This document shows, in pieces, positions 32,845 to 42,785 of a stretch of DNA of 64,000 nt. Numbering within the stretch: the first letter of the stretch is position 1; every line of letters starts with the position of its first letter. Under the pieces are notes generated by a model. The model was not told the DNA's origin and searched no databases. It saw nothing but the letters and a program-made list of their open reading frames with translations. The DNA is taken from positions 96,001 to 160,000 of the forward strand of contig CAWDFP010000006.1 of NCBI GenBank assembly GCA_963801605.1, written 5' to 3'. The stretch comes from an uncultured candidate division Zixibacteria bacterium. GTDB lineage: Bacteria > Zixibacteria > MSB-5A5 > UBA10806. A program made the translations under genes and the position numbers.

Positions 32845-34383
32845 CTACGACCAGTCGGAAACCCGTTTTTTTACCCACACTTTCCCTTTTCGCTCAGCCA
32901 CACCATCGGCATGTTGAAGGTAAATCGCAAAAAGTCTATCGCGCAAATCGCTGGGGATGGCATTAACAGGCGATTTATCATTATCAATCATCAGTTTCAT
33001 AACCTGGGGATGTGGCTTAATTTTCGAATTATCAACCGGCGGAAGCAATCTTTTCTGCGAAAGCATAGAGAGCATCTGGCCGGCAGTAGCGGCATCCTGA
33101 CGGAGCGTAGTATCAGCGAGGTCCCTGAGAACATTTTTAATTTGCGCACGCTTGTAGCCACAGCGCGAGGGATCAGCTTCCAGAGCCAGAAGCATCCCAA
33201 CTATGCGGCGGCATTTCTCGCAAGCGCCGCAGGGGTAAATCCGACCATGCTCGATATGAGTGGCGTGACATGAAACCTGCTGACGCTGTAGATCGGGGTA
33301 ACGTTCGACAAGTAGCTTTTCTATCATAAGCTCCGAGAGCTGCCTGATAAGTGAAAACTGCAGAATTCCCCAATCTTTGCGCTTATAGTAGGCCGACATC
33401 GCCTGGTCAAAATAGCGGCTTTGATCGTAAAGGCCGTCATAATGCAGGATTCCCTTGTGATACATCTTGCGGGTGGTGTCGTATTCATCGCCGATGATTA
33501 GCCGGCCCAAGCCCCGTTTGCGCAAAAGAGGTAAGGCGCCAAAAATGAAGACTGCCACAGTCCAGAGTCTAATGGGGTACTCGTCGGCCCGAAAATTGGC
33601 GAAATCCTGTCGAACGAACGGCAGATGGCGCAGCATCCAGTTGAACAGACGGTCGGCGTTGGTCCAGACACGCGCTGTGCGGGGAATATGACGCTCGAAG
33701 TATCGATAGGCATTCAGGGCGGTGTACCAATGCCGTCCAGACTCGTTGACGTAGATAGCGTCGGTGTAATATTTCAATTCATTCAAGAGACCAAAGCTGA
33801 GCAGGCTGTCTTTCCCTCCGCTTGAAAGAACCGCATAGCGAGATTGATCCGAATTCCATTTATAATCGGTTAAACCGCTTTGGGACGATAACCTGTCATC
33901 GATAAATATTAATTTGGCCCTGAGATATGAATTTCGCTTTATAGCCGTAAGATGGGCGGCAGCACCGAGCAAGAACGGGTTAGGCTCCAGAAATTTTTTG
34001 ACATAAATCTCCCGGGCTGTGTTTTCAGCCATATTTTCGATAAAGATGCGATCCTGTTTATCGTAAGGGCCGTGGAATACAATCTTTTTACAGAACAGGC
34101 CATAGTTCAGCGCCACCTGTGCGGCAATCATCGAACCCAGATTTTGGGATTCTATACTGGTCGGCTCAAAAACGTCCTCATTATAACGGTAAATAAGCTC
34201 GGTGGAATCTCGCCGCGATCCCCGGACAACTGAATAAGGGGCGATGAGTCGGTTTCGTTCCAGGCGTATGGGACCGATATCGAGTTGGTCTATAACCTCG
34301 AGAATTTTGAGGGGGTCTTTAGATCGAATTGACATCGATGTATTCTTTGAAGCCTTCTTTTGCGCTTGAATTCGGATCGCCAC
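32845..34383 (-). CDS. PP-loop (N-type ATP pyrophosphatase) protein, QueC/MurL-like
   Basis: VLSSGGKDS PP-loop; QVSCH...PCGACEKC metal-binding motif; the start may instead be ATG at 34335. Confidence 0.7.
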   Translation of the reverse strand: MAIRIQAQKKASKNTSMSIRSKDPLKILEVIDQLDIGPIRLERNRLIAPYSVVRGSRRDSTELIYRYNEDVFEPTSIESQNLGSMIAAQVALNYGLFCKKIVFHGPYDKQDRIFIENMAENTAREIYVKKFLEPNPFLLGAAAHLTAIKRNSYLRAKLIFIDDRLSSQSGLTDYKWNSDQSRYAVLSSGGKDSLLSFGLLNELKYYTDAIYVNESGRHWYTALNAYRYFERHIPRTARVWTNADRLFNWMLRHLPFVRQDFANFRADEYPIRLWTVAVFIFGALPLLRKRGLGRLIIGDEYDTTRKMYHKGILHYDGLYDQSRYFDQAMSAYYKRKDWGILQFSLIRQLSELMIEKLLVERYPDLQRQQVSCHATHIEHGRIYPCGACEKCRRIVGMLLALEADPSRCGYKRAQIKNVLRDLADTTLRQDAATAGQMLSMLSQKRLLPPVDNSKIKPHPQVMKLMIDNDKSPVNAIPSDLRDRLFAIYLQHADGVAERKGKVWVKKRVSDWS

Positions 34384-34529
34384 GGTCGAAACGACTTCGC
34401 GATGACAAGGCTCCTCTAATTAGTGGCATCTGATGTAATTGCGGAACCTGGAGGTCCCGCCTATTAAGAAAAAGACGTCAGGTTTGGGGAGTATAAAAAG
34501 CTCGACCAGGCCTGACGCCACATTTGAAA

Positions 34530-35627
34530 TCAAACGAAGCTGGTTTCGTGGCGGCTTTTAATCAATGGCGCTAAAGCATCCACCAACTTGTCGGCACCTT
34601 CGATAAGCACGTCAATTGCAGGACGGCCGGTGCTTTCGGCAATGTTGGCGCAAACAGCCTTAATTTGCGAGCGCGGTATGTTTTCATGATTTATCGTAAT
34701 CGCAACCACCGGTTTCGATGAAACAACCTCGATTGCTTGTATCTGATGCGACAGGGGATGAATCTTGTAATTGGGGAAGCCGTCGTAATGAGTTCTGGTA
34801 GGAGCGTGTTGAAGAATGACAGCGTCAGGACGAGAAGCCGCCAGAAGCTCATAGCCTCCCGGATAGGCGGGATTCAATAAACTCCCCTGGCCCTCGATGA
34901 CGATAACCTCCGGATGAAACTTATCCCAGGCCGACCAAATAACATGTTCGATCTCACCTGTCAGGAAATCGTTTACAATCGTATCGAGCATGATTCCAAA
35001 ACAAACACCCTGCATCCAGGCGGTCTGGCCGGTGCCGATCATCTCGGCCGAGATACCGGCTTTGTTCAGGGCCTCCACCAAAAGCCAGGCGGTGGTGCGT
35101 TTGCCAACCGCCGAATCGGTGCCCAATACAACAACTTTAATAGCTTTGACATCATCAATCTTGCAACTGAAAAAATGCTGTTCCGACATCGGGGGCGGTT
35201 TTCTGATATCGCGAATTGCGACGTTATGTGCCAGGGCCAGCGGAGCCAGGATGGGATCTTCGGAAATAAAATCGTGCAAACCACAATCGATATTCATGCC
35301 AAGTTCGATGGCGCGCTTGATGTCATCTCTGGCCTGCTGATTAAGTCTGCCTCCATCAGGCGCCAAGCCGATTACGAAATGCGTAGCTCGTTTGCCAGAC
35401 GCTCCTGCTGACTGGTAAGCTTCACCGATGGAACTAAAAATCGGGATTCCCTTGGTTTTGCCATCAAGCATTCGGCCGGCATCTTTGCCGGCGTGACAGG
35501 AATCGATTACCGATAGGACGTTATATCGTTTAGTAAAGCGCACCAGTCCATGCGCGGTCTTGCCGTTGGGGGTGCCAAAGGCTCCCTCGCAATAGACAAT
35601 AGCGTTACCCTCGGGAAACCGGCTCAT
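34530..35627 (-). CDS. DUF1611 family protein (DgcN-like)
   Basis: GKTAHGLVR, GLHDF, GTDSAVGKRTT, GTGQT, IEGQGSL motifs. Confidence 0.88.
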   Translation of the reverse strand: MSRFPEGNAIVYCEGAFGTPNGKTAHGLVRFTKRYNVLSVIDSCHAGKDAGRMLDGKTKGIPIFSSIGEAYQSAGASGKRATHFVIGLAPDGGRLNQQARDDIKRAIELGMNIDCGLHDFISEDPILAPLALAHNVAIRDIRKPPPMSEQHFFSCKIDDVKAIKVVVLGTDSAVGKRTTAWLLVEALNKAGISAEMIGTGQTAWMQGVCFGIMLDTIVNDFLTGEIEHVIWSAWDKFHPEVIVIEGQGSLLNPAYPGGYELLAASRPDAVILQHAPTRTHYDGFPNYKIHPLSHQIQAIEVVSSKPVVAITINHENIPRSQIKAVCANIAESTGRPAIDVLIEGADKLVDALAPLIKSRHETSFV

Positions 35628-36769
35628 GCTTTCCTACCTGTTAAAACTATTACATAACGATCGCTGGGAAGAGGCTCGACGCGATGCCGTTCTACGAAGG
35701 CTACCAATCCGGCCGAGGAAGCCGGAAGGATGCTCAAACCTTCGCGCTCCAGAATCATACGTGAGTATGACAGCATGCTTTTATCACTAACATCGTCAGC
35801 CCATCCATTGGTTTGACGAATAGCCTCAAGTGCGAGATTGCCGTCAATGGAATGCCAGTTGATAAGAGGCTCGTTGATCGGAGTTTCATGAATCAAGTCC
35901 GGGCTTAAATCCTCACAAAATGGCGAGCCCTTGAGATAAGCTTGAATAATCGGATTTTTACCGAAGGACGACCCCGCGATCATGCGCGGGATTCGAGAAG
36001 TTTTGCCTCGACGATAGAGACTGACGAACCCTTTATAGATGCCTGCCAGAGTGCTGCCATTGGATACGGGCACAGCCACAGCCGCGGGAGCGTCGCGAAG
36101 CTCATCATATATCTCATAAGCAATCTCGCCATAAGCTCGGAGTTGAAGCGCGGTATTGGCGCCACCGGGATTGGCGTCATAAATCTCATCATTTTCGGCT
36201 CGTTCGCGGGAAACCAAAATGGCATGTTCGTAATCGCCGGGCACCATGACGATTTCGCTGCCGTAATTTATGATTTCCTGTATCCGCTTGGTGCGGTAAG
36301 TTTCGGGGATATAGATGATACAGCGTAAACCGGCCAGCGAGGCGGCCAGGGCAACTGCCACACCGTAGTTGCCGCAGGTGGCAGTGGTTATGGAATCGAA
36401 TCGACGGCGCATGGCATCCATAGCCTGGGCAAAGGCGACACGATCTTTTTGGGTACCGGTCGGATTACCACCGTCGAATTTAAGGAAAATCTGGCGCAAT
36501 CCCACCTCGCGTTCGATATTTCTGGCGCGGGATAGAGTGGTATCGCCAATTTCGGAATCAATGATATCCTCGAAAGCTTCCAGACGCTCGTCAAGCAGGC
36601 GATTTTTATCGGCGGCTACAATCTTTTGAGTTTCAAGCTCGGGCGCAATAGTCGGGGCCGCCGAACTGGCTCCATCAAGCAGCGACAGCGATTGGCCATT
36701 GCCGTTGCCGTTGCTCCCGTTTAGCGGGATGGTGGCTTGATCATCTTTTTGTAATTTGAAATTGTTCAC
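35624..36769 (-). CDS. PLP-dependent fold-type II enzyme (threonine synthase/cysteate synthase-like)
   Basis: NPTGTQKDR PLP lysine, ATCGNYG, VPVSNGSTLAG; start uncertain (GTG 36769 or TTG 36805). Confidence 0.85.
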   Translation of the reverse strand: MNNFKLQKDDQATIPLNGSNGNGNGQSLSLLDGASSAAPTIAPELETQKIVAADKNRLLDERLEAFEDIIDSEIGDTTLSRARNIEREVGLRQIFLKFDGGNPTGTQKDRVAFAQAMDAMRRRFDSITTATCGNYGVAVALAASLAGLRCIIYIPETYRTKRIQEIINYGSEIVMVPGDYEHAILVSRERAENDEIYDANPGGANTALQLRAYGEIAYEIYDELRDAPAAVAVPVSNGSTLAGIYKGFVSLYRRGKTSRIPRMIAGSSFGKNPIIQAYLKGSPFCEDLSPDLIHETPINEPLINWHSIDGNLALEAIRQTNGWADDVSDKSMLSYSRMILEREGLSILPASSAGLVAFVERHRVEPLPSDRYVIVLTGRKA

Positions 36770-36877
36770 TTTTCTTTTCCATTTATTAATTAAATAACCA
36801 AACAATTAGAATCATTCCATAAACCTATGGCGATTTATAGTTGAGACTACGGCGGTGTTAATTGAATAAATGTCGAG

Positions 36878-37036
36878 GGAACGGAGGAAAAAAGAATAGA
36901 GCCCAGGGTTACTGCGCTCCGGATTAGTCGCATCAAAGAGGCGCGATTATTAAGCTCTTGCACTTTTTTTCAAGGCGATCAACTCGCCCTGTTATCCTCC
37001 CATTCCACGCAGGATTGCCACTCATGCGGTTTTGCG
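36878..37036 (-). promoter_or_regulatory. Candidate structured 5' leader (attenuator/riboswitch-like)
   Basis: TTGACA -35 box at 37065-37070; several complementary segments and a terminator-like hairpin plus U-tract before the PLP gene. Confidence 0.45.
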
Positions 37037-37221
37037 AACAATTTTTATTACAAACAATAGGTATTGTCAACAAAAATGAATTAGCGAAACGTACTAATCA
37101 ATTAATTCCTGCCGCAACATCGCATTGTCATCGTTTGAATTAAACGAGAAAAGGAGGGATATGTTTCAATTATGATCGTCGCGCCGCAGATTGGGAATCC
37201 ATGACGCTTAGGACATCCAAT

Positions 37222-37809
37222 TTATTTCGGCTTAGTGCCGGGATCGAGGTCGGCCTTGGCCACCTCATCCTTTATCTCCTTAAATAAGGAATCGAAATCT
37301 TCGGGCGTATCATCGATAATAATCGAACCGGTTTGGGTCTTATCGATCTTTGTAATGCCCGGATGGCGACGTTCTACCTGTTTAACCAGAGCCGACTGAT
37401 GTCTATAAGCCAGGAGGAGGTGCTTGGTTTCGGTCTGAAAGTCTTTTTGCTGGATAGCCTGCCTTAAAGTGACGGTCAATTCTCCGAAATTACAGGGTTT
37501 GGTGAAAAAGCGATATATCTCGCCATCGTTAATTGCCCGGATGGCGGTTTCGAGATCGGCGTGTCCGGTGAGGAGAATGCGGATGGTGTCAGGATATTCC
37601 CGACGCACCACTCCCAGAAATTTACTGCCGGACATACCCGACATCCATTCATCTGAAATAACAACGTCGATGACTTCTTCGGCGAGAATTCCCAAAGCGT
37701 CTTCGCCAGAGGCGGCGGTTAGAACATCGTATTGTTCCATTTGGAGAAACCGGCGCATAACATCAATTACTTCCGGTTCATCATCGACGATTAAAACTTT
37801 GTGCGGCAT
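37222..37809 (-). CDS. Response regulator (receiver domain with helical C-terminus)
   Basis: VLIVDDE, VISD, ILLTGH, FFTKP. Confidence 0.9.
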   Translation of the reverse strand: MPHKVLIVDDEPEVIDVMRRFLQMEQYDVLTAASGEDALGILAEEVIDVVISDEWMSGMSGSKFLGVVRREYPDTIRILLTGHADLETAIRAINDGEIYRFFTKPCNFGELTVTLRQAIQQKDFQTETKHLLLAYRHQSALVKQVERRHPGITKIDKTQTGSIIIDDTPEDFDSLFKEIKDEVAKADLDPGTKPK

Positions 37810-38048
37810 AAATCCTTCTTTCTCAAGCCAGCATATTTGGTATTGCTCCAGGATACCCGGCCGCGTCCCTTAAAAACTGCCCCTAATCCGGGACTCTCAT
37901 CCTGAGAATTACTACTATCTATTGATTCGGCAAAATAGGATGTAAAATTAAGGGTGTGATTCAAAATGGAACACAAAATCACAGAAATCTTTATGGCAAA
38001 ATGCCCCGGATTGAGTGTCGGAAACAATAGGTCAGGCCGGTCTTATTC

Positions 38049-38084
38049 AAAATAATAGGGCCGCCTTGGAGAACAGCGGCCCAT
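38049..38084 (-). terminator. Putative terminator
   Basis: GGGCCGC/GCGGCCC stem followed by TATTATTTT on the minus strand. Confidence 0.6.
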
Positions 38085-38123
38085 AATTACAGGACTATCA
38101 GGTATTAGAGTGTAACTCGCAAA

Positions 38124-41100
38124 TTAATTGGCACTCGAGTTGGTTTCGCTTGATGGCTTTACCATAGGAATATACTTATCATCGACCTTTAAGGTTCCGA
38201 CCGGTGCGCAATCAGGACATGGATGAGCGGCAGGGCCACCCTTGAAATAGGAAACCATGTAGGTAACATCGAGACCGTTGAAACTGCAGCTGGCGTTAAC
38301 ATCACCTGCTACATACCAGATATGCCCCGGAGTGCATTCGCAGGAGTAAGGAGGAAGTGCGCCGCCTTTGAAGTAACCGACACTATAGGTCACATCCAAT
38401 CCGTTGAAGACGCCGCTTCCGTTAGCGTCGCCAACAGCATACTGGCAATTGGGACCGCCACTTGTTACAGTCAAAATCACGGGAACATCGACGCGAGAGT
38501 TAATCGCCGCATTAGAGAATACAGTGATATTGCCGTTGTAGGTCCCTGCCGTAAGCCGGGAAGCGTCCAGAGTAACGTTGATAACCTGCGGCGCGCCATA
38601 GACTGGTATCGAGCCGAAATTCGAATCGACCAAAAGCCAGGCGGGCTCGGTATGCAGGGTAATCAGGTAATCGTTGGTATAATCACCTGAACCATCGCAG
38701 GGGACGTTCGGGAAGGCCGGATAGCCATAAGGAGCAACGAAAATCCAATAGTCACCTGTCGGCAAGGTCATACCGGCGGTTGCAACCGTACACGGCGGAG
38801 CAATGGCGCCCCAGAGCAGCTGCTCGGCAGGTATCGAGCCGGACGGGCATCCCATGGAAGCATCGAGCACCATGATAAGCATCGGGAATTCGGCTACGCC
38901 TGTCAGAGTCAGGTACTTGGGTTCGGTTATATTGAGAAGGTACCAATCGGTATCGCGAAGGTTGGGATCGGACCAGCCGGTACCGCAAACTGAACCGTCA
39001 GCAAGAATCGGCTCAAAGGCGTTAGGGGTCGCATTGCAGCCGCCATTGACGTCCTCACCGCAAACCTCAGCCTCGGCAATTGAACCCTCGGGGCATTCCA
39101 CAACGCAGGGGACGTTTTCGAATACATTGATAACGTAATCGCCGCTTCTGCCGGATGCGTAACCGTCAACTACGATATAATAAATATTCCCGGATGTTAC
39201 ATGTATCCGGTCAAGCTGCGAAGCCGTACCGCAGTAATCGTCATTGCAGGCGATTGTATTTTCAGCGGTATTTTCCATGATATAGAGTTTGCTGTCGAAA
39301 CTGGTACCGCAGAGACTGACAGTAATATCCATATCAAACGCCGGCGAGAACGAATAGACCACATCCGGTCCGCCGACATCACCGCAAGTCCCGGTATAAT
39401 CATCAGCGGCGCCATCAGTATTGCCGTTATCGGTAAATGGCAGGACATCGATCGGATAGGCTGTATTGATATCCTCGCCGCCCTGCAGGATGCGATTATA
39501 GACAATTCCGTTATTCCGGCCGTTATTCAACAGGCTGGGATCCTTGGCAGTCTCCGCTGACGGGACAGCGCCGGTATAGAACTGCGAATTGTTGTAAGCA
39601 ATCGGCCTGTGTGAGAGAATCCTGTCAGATGTTTGGGACGTTACAATGTTGTAATTTAGCTGATCGGAGCCGATATTTTCAATCGCCAAAGGCGCGGTAG
39701 TTGAATTGCCGGCAACTAAATCGCCGGTGATCTGCTCGGGCATGACGCTCATTTCGGGTGTGCCTTCGGCTTTGATATTTATCGTATATGGACCGGAGGC
39801 AATTCCCCACTTGGACATGATCGGGTAATAATAGGTACCCGGAGCAAGGCTATCCCAGCGAAGCGTGAAGTTGTGATCCTCGCAAATATACTGCGTGTAC
39901 ATGTTGCAGCCGATGTACTGGCCGCAAGGGCACTGGTCTTCCAGCACGATAAAGCAGGTGCCGAAAGCCGGAGTTGTGCCGCAATAATCGAGCGTCACAT
40001 TGGCTGTAAAGTCAAGTGTGAAGGCCGCCCAGGATTCTGGCATCCCAAGATTGACACAGTCCATCGTCGCGCCGGTGTTATCGCCTGTTAAGGTAATCGG
40101 CGTGCCGGGAATCAAGGCAAGGGGAGTGACATCCGCGCAGTTATCGTTCGGGGGCGGAGCCGGTGATGGGCTGGAGTTCAGCCAGGCCAGGTACTGCATC
40201 GGGCACTGATAGATTGGATCGAAATTCTGGGGGGAAACATAGAAATAATAAGTGCCGGGAACGCAGTTGGCGGATATATCGATAGTCTCGCCGGCATTGG
40301 CGAACTTTACATTGAGATCAGTTAGGTTCGCGCAATCGGCCGCGTAGAACATAAAAATCTGGATGGGGCACTCGGCCACCGCGCTCCAGGTGAGGACCTG
40401 GGTTTCAGTGATCGTGGTGCTGAACCAATCTGTATCGCGGAATCGTCCGCCTTCACCGGCGAATGTTCCGGTTTCACCGCAAATGGTATCGCCAATCGAA
40501 ATCGGTATGAAGGCCTCAAGCGTAGGATCGTTGCAACCGCTGTTGTAGGTATCGACATAGCCGTCACCGCAAGATGGTTCGCCTTCAGGAATGGCGGTCG
40601 GGGGACAGTCGACATGCGGCGGTTCAAGAACCTGGATGGAGTAAGCGCCCTGCGAGGAGTAGTAACCGTCAACAACGATATAATAGGTATTGCCGGCATA
40701 AACGGGCAGCAGGTCTAATGAACCGGATGGCGGACCGGGGCAGACAGTTGAAAAGGAACTGCAGCCCACAAGATTATTTTCATCGTTTTGAAATACATAC
40801 AGGATGGCATAAAAGGATGTGCCGCAGAGATGGATATTGAGCACTTGATCGACCGGCGGTGTGTACGAATAAAAAACGTCAGGGCCGCCGACAGTGCTGC
40901 CGCAGGGGGCTTCATAGTCGTTGTTGTAACCGGTAGTAGTGCCATCATCATTAAAAGGAAGAGAAGGTATCTGGAAGGCGTCACCGAAATTGTCGCCTCC
41001 CTGGAGTATCGTCCGAGGAGTCTGGGCCGGCTCGGACGGAAGCGGATAATCGATTGCGGGAGTCGGAATGGCTTTGGCTCCCCAGTAGGGTTCCACGCCT

Positions 41101-41198
41101 GATGGCGCGGTCCTGGCGATTACATTGCTGTTGCCGGCCAGGGCCTGCGCCAGGCAGATCAGAATAAGTGGCAGCGACAACAGTAAAGCTTTCTTCAT
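38124..41198 (-). CDS. Secreted Cys-rich repeat protein with C-terminal dockerin-like domain
   Basis: Signal peptide; duplicated ILQGG...LPFxDxG...GGPDVxY...YYIVVDGY module; twin GD(A/V)N...NGLDVTY Ca-binding repeats at the C-terminus. Confidence 0.85.
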   Translation of the reverse strand: MKKALLLSLPLILICLAQALAGNSNVIARTAPSGVEPYWGAKAIPTPAIDYPLPSEPAQTPRTILQGGDNFGDAFQIPSLPFNDDGTTTGYNNDYEAPCGSTVGGPDVFYSYTPPVDQVLNIHLCGTSFYAILYVFQNDENNLVGCSSFSTVCPGPPSGSLDLLPVYAGNTYYIVVDGYYSSQGAYSIQVLEPPHVDCPPTAIPEGEPSCGDGYVDTYNSGCNDPTLEAFIPISIGDTICGETGTFAGEGGRFRDTDWFSTTITETQVLTWSAVAECPIQIFMFYAADCANLTDLNVKFANAGETIDISANCVPGTYYFYVSPQNFDPIYQCPMQYLAWLNSSPSPAPPPNDNCADVTPLALIPGTPITLTGDNTGATMDCVNLGMPESWAAFTLDFTANVTLDYCGTTPAFGTCFIVLEDQCPCGQYIGCNMYTQYICEDHNFTLRWDSLAPGTYYYPIMSKWGIASGPYTINIKAEGTPEMSVMPEQITGDLVAGNSTTAPLAIENIGSDQLNYNIVTSQTSDRILSHRPIAYNNSQFYTGAVPSAETAKDPSLLNNGRNNGIVYNRILQGGEDINTAYPIDVLPFTDNGNTDGAADDYTGTCGDVGGPDVVYSFSPAFDMDITVSLCGTSFDSKLYIMENTAENTIACNDDYCGTASQLDRIHVTSGNIYYIVVDGYASGRSGDYVINVFENVPCVVECPEGSIAEAEVCGEDVNGGCNATPNAFEPILADGSVCGTGWSDPNLRDTDWYLLNITEPKYLTLTGVAEFPMLIMVLDASMGCPSGSIPAEQLLWGAIAPPCTVATAGMTLPTGDYWIFVAPYGYPAFPNVPCDGSGDYTNDYLITLHTEPAWLLVDSNFGSIPVYGAPQVINVTLDASRLTAGTYNGNITVFSNAAINSRVDVPVILTVTSGGPNCQYAVGDANGSGVFNGLDVTYSVGYFKGGALPPYSCECTPGHIWYVAGDVNASCSFNGLDVTYMVSYFKGGPAAHPCPDCAPVGTLKVDDKYIPMVKPSSETNSSAN

Positions 41199-41472
41199 TT
41201 CATTTCCCCGTTCACGTTAAGTTGCCTAAAGTGTAGTTCCGTTAAATTTTAACCCGATTTCCATTTTTTGTTAATCTTTTTCACATACAATCACATTAGA
41301 ATAAAATACTAATCTGCCTTATAAAGATTGGTTTTGGGATTGTTCAAGGGCTGATTTAGCCTTGACAATTAAGTCGAAATTAGGGATAATTAAACTCTGT
41401 CAAGATAGGGGATCGATTATAGTCGACCAGCGCGCCAACGCTTATTTTAGGACGACTTTGTTGATTCCCTTT

Positions 41473-42501
41473 TTATTTCCTCGAATGGCCGAGGCTCAGC
41501 CTTAAAACAGATATCCACCTCCTCTCGTCTCGTTTTGGCATTTGTCCGATCATCGCAGGAACCTCGATGTTCCTGCCGGACCGGCCCGGGTTTTTAGATT
41601 TATCCGCCTCAGTTATATTTGAACTATTACCAATTAAATCGCTGTTGCTTTGGGCCTGATCCCAGACAGTTTGAAATAGAATTTTCAAGCCTTTTGCCAG
41701 GCTGCTGTGTTCGATAACCTGGGTGGTAGTGGATGGCTTGTGCAGCAGAGGATCTTCGAGAGTGAAGACCACGACCTTTTCATCGAATATCATCATTTTA
41801 ATGGGGATTTGCTCAATGACGCGAGCCTCCTCACCGGCGCCGGACGCCAGAGTGATATATTCGTACAGCCATTTGCGCTGATCATCGTTTTTAGGAATCT
41901 CATAAACGCATTTGCTTATAACGCCTTTCTTGAGGGATTCTTTCTCCAGATCGATCTGCTGAAGGATGATATCGCGATCTTCGAGGCGAGGCGGTTTGGA
42001 TAAAACCAGCACCTCGCGTTCGGCGGAATCAATCAGCTGGCAGATTCTATTTTGAAGCTGGTTGGTTTCTTTGATGATTTCGATATATTCAAGAGGATCG
42101 TTCTCGGAGCGGCTGGCCTCATAGAGAGGAGTAAGCTTTTTTACCAGGCCATCGGCGGATTTTATTTTGGAGCCGAGCTCCTCCTCTTTGGCCTTGATCT
42201 CTTCGCGCAGCTTATCGAGTTTCATCTCGAGCTTTTCGCGTTCCATCTGAATAAAGATATCTTTAAGAGCCGAGGGGCTGACGGCGCTGTATTTTTTTAC
42301 CTTACCGGGGATAGTATGGCAGAATCCGCGGGAGGTTAGGTTCTCAAGCGTTTCATAAACCTTAGCACGGGGAATGCCGGCGATACGGGAGACTTCGACA
42401 GCGGTCAGACGATTTCGTTCCAAAAGCGATAGATAGCTTTTAGCCTCATAGCTGTTGAGGCCGAACTTATCGAAGTCTTTGAGGATTAACTTAGGTTGCA
42501 C
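41473..42501 (-). CDS. TrmB family transcriptional regulator
   Basis: GLNSYEAKSYLSLL...IPRAKVYETLENL wHTH; C-terminal PIKMMIFDEK effector domain. Confidence 0.9.
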   Translation of the reverse strand: MQPKLILKDFDKFGLNSYEAKSYLSLLERNRLTAVEVSRIAGIPRAKVYETLENLTSRGFCHTIPGKVKKYSAVSPSALKDIFIQMEREKLEMKLDKLREEIKAKEEELGSKIKSADGLVKKLTPLYEASRSENDPLEYIEIIKETNQLQNRICQLIDSAEREVLVLSKPPRLEDRDIILQQIDLEKESLKKGVISKCVYEIPKNDDQRKWLYEYITLASGAGEEARVIEQIPIKMMIFDEKVVVFTLEDPLLHKPSTTTQVIEHSSLAKGLKILFQTVWDQAQSNSDLIGNSSNITEADKSKNPGRSGRNIEVPAMIGQMPKRDERRWISVLRLSLGHSRK

Positions 42502-42569
42502 AGATACCTTCTTTTTGCATCTCGCAATGCGAGGAGGTCAGGGGTGTTGGCTCTTCTTTTTCCAACTAC

Positions 42570-42638
42570 TACTACTACTTATTATTTTGCGGTAGTAGTA
42601 ACTGACCAGAAGATATAGATGACCTCAAATATTGTCAA
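42570..42638 (-). promoter_or_regulatory. trmB promoter with downstream inverted-repeat operator
   Basis: TTGACA-N17-TATCTT on the minus strand; TACTACTACT-N11-GGTAGTAGTA inverted repeat at 42570-42600. Confidence 0.55.
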
Positions 42639-42785
42639 GAAAAAAATAGAGTGATTTTAAAGATTTTTTATGGAGGCCATGATTAATTCGCATATCTCGT
42701 TGATAATTAATGGATTGCGGAATAAATTACAAGGTGGGCAGGAGATGATTGGCGCTAAATATGAGAAAAAAGTAACAAGGGGTGA

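Noticed and set aside
36940..37025. 30-aa leader peptide (MSGNPAW...) upstream of the PLP gene
   Set aside because: No RBS and no run of regulatory codons.
36878..37036. Assignment of the leader to a known riboswitch (c-di-AMP, lysine, SAM, c-di-GMP)
   Set aside because: Only fragments of consensus are present, and the lysine-like ends lie on opposite strands; kept as an unclassified candidate.
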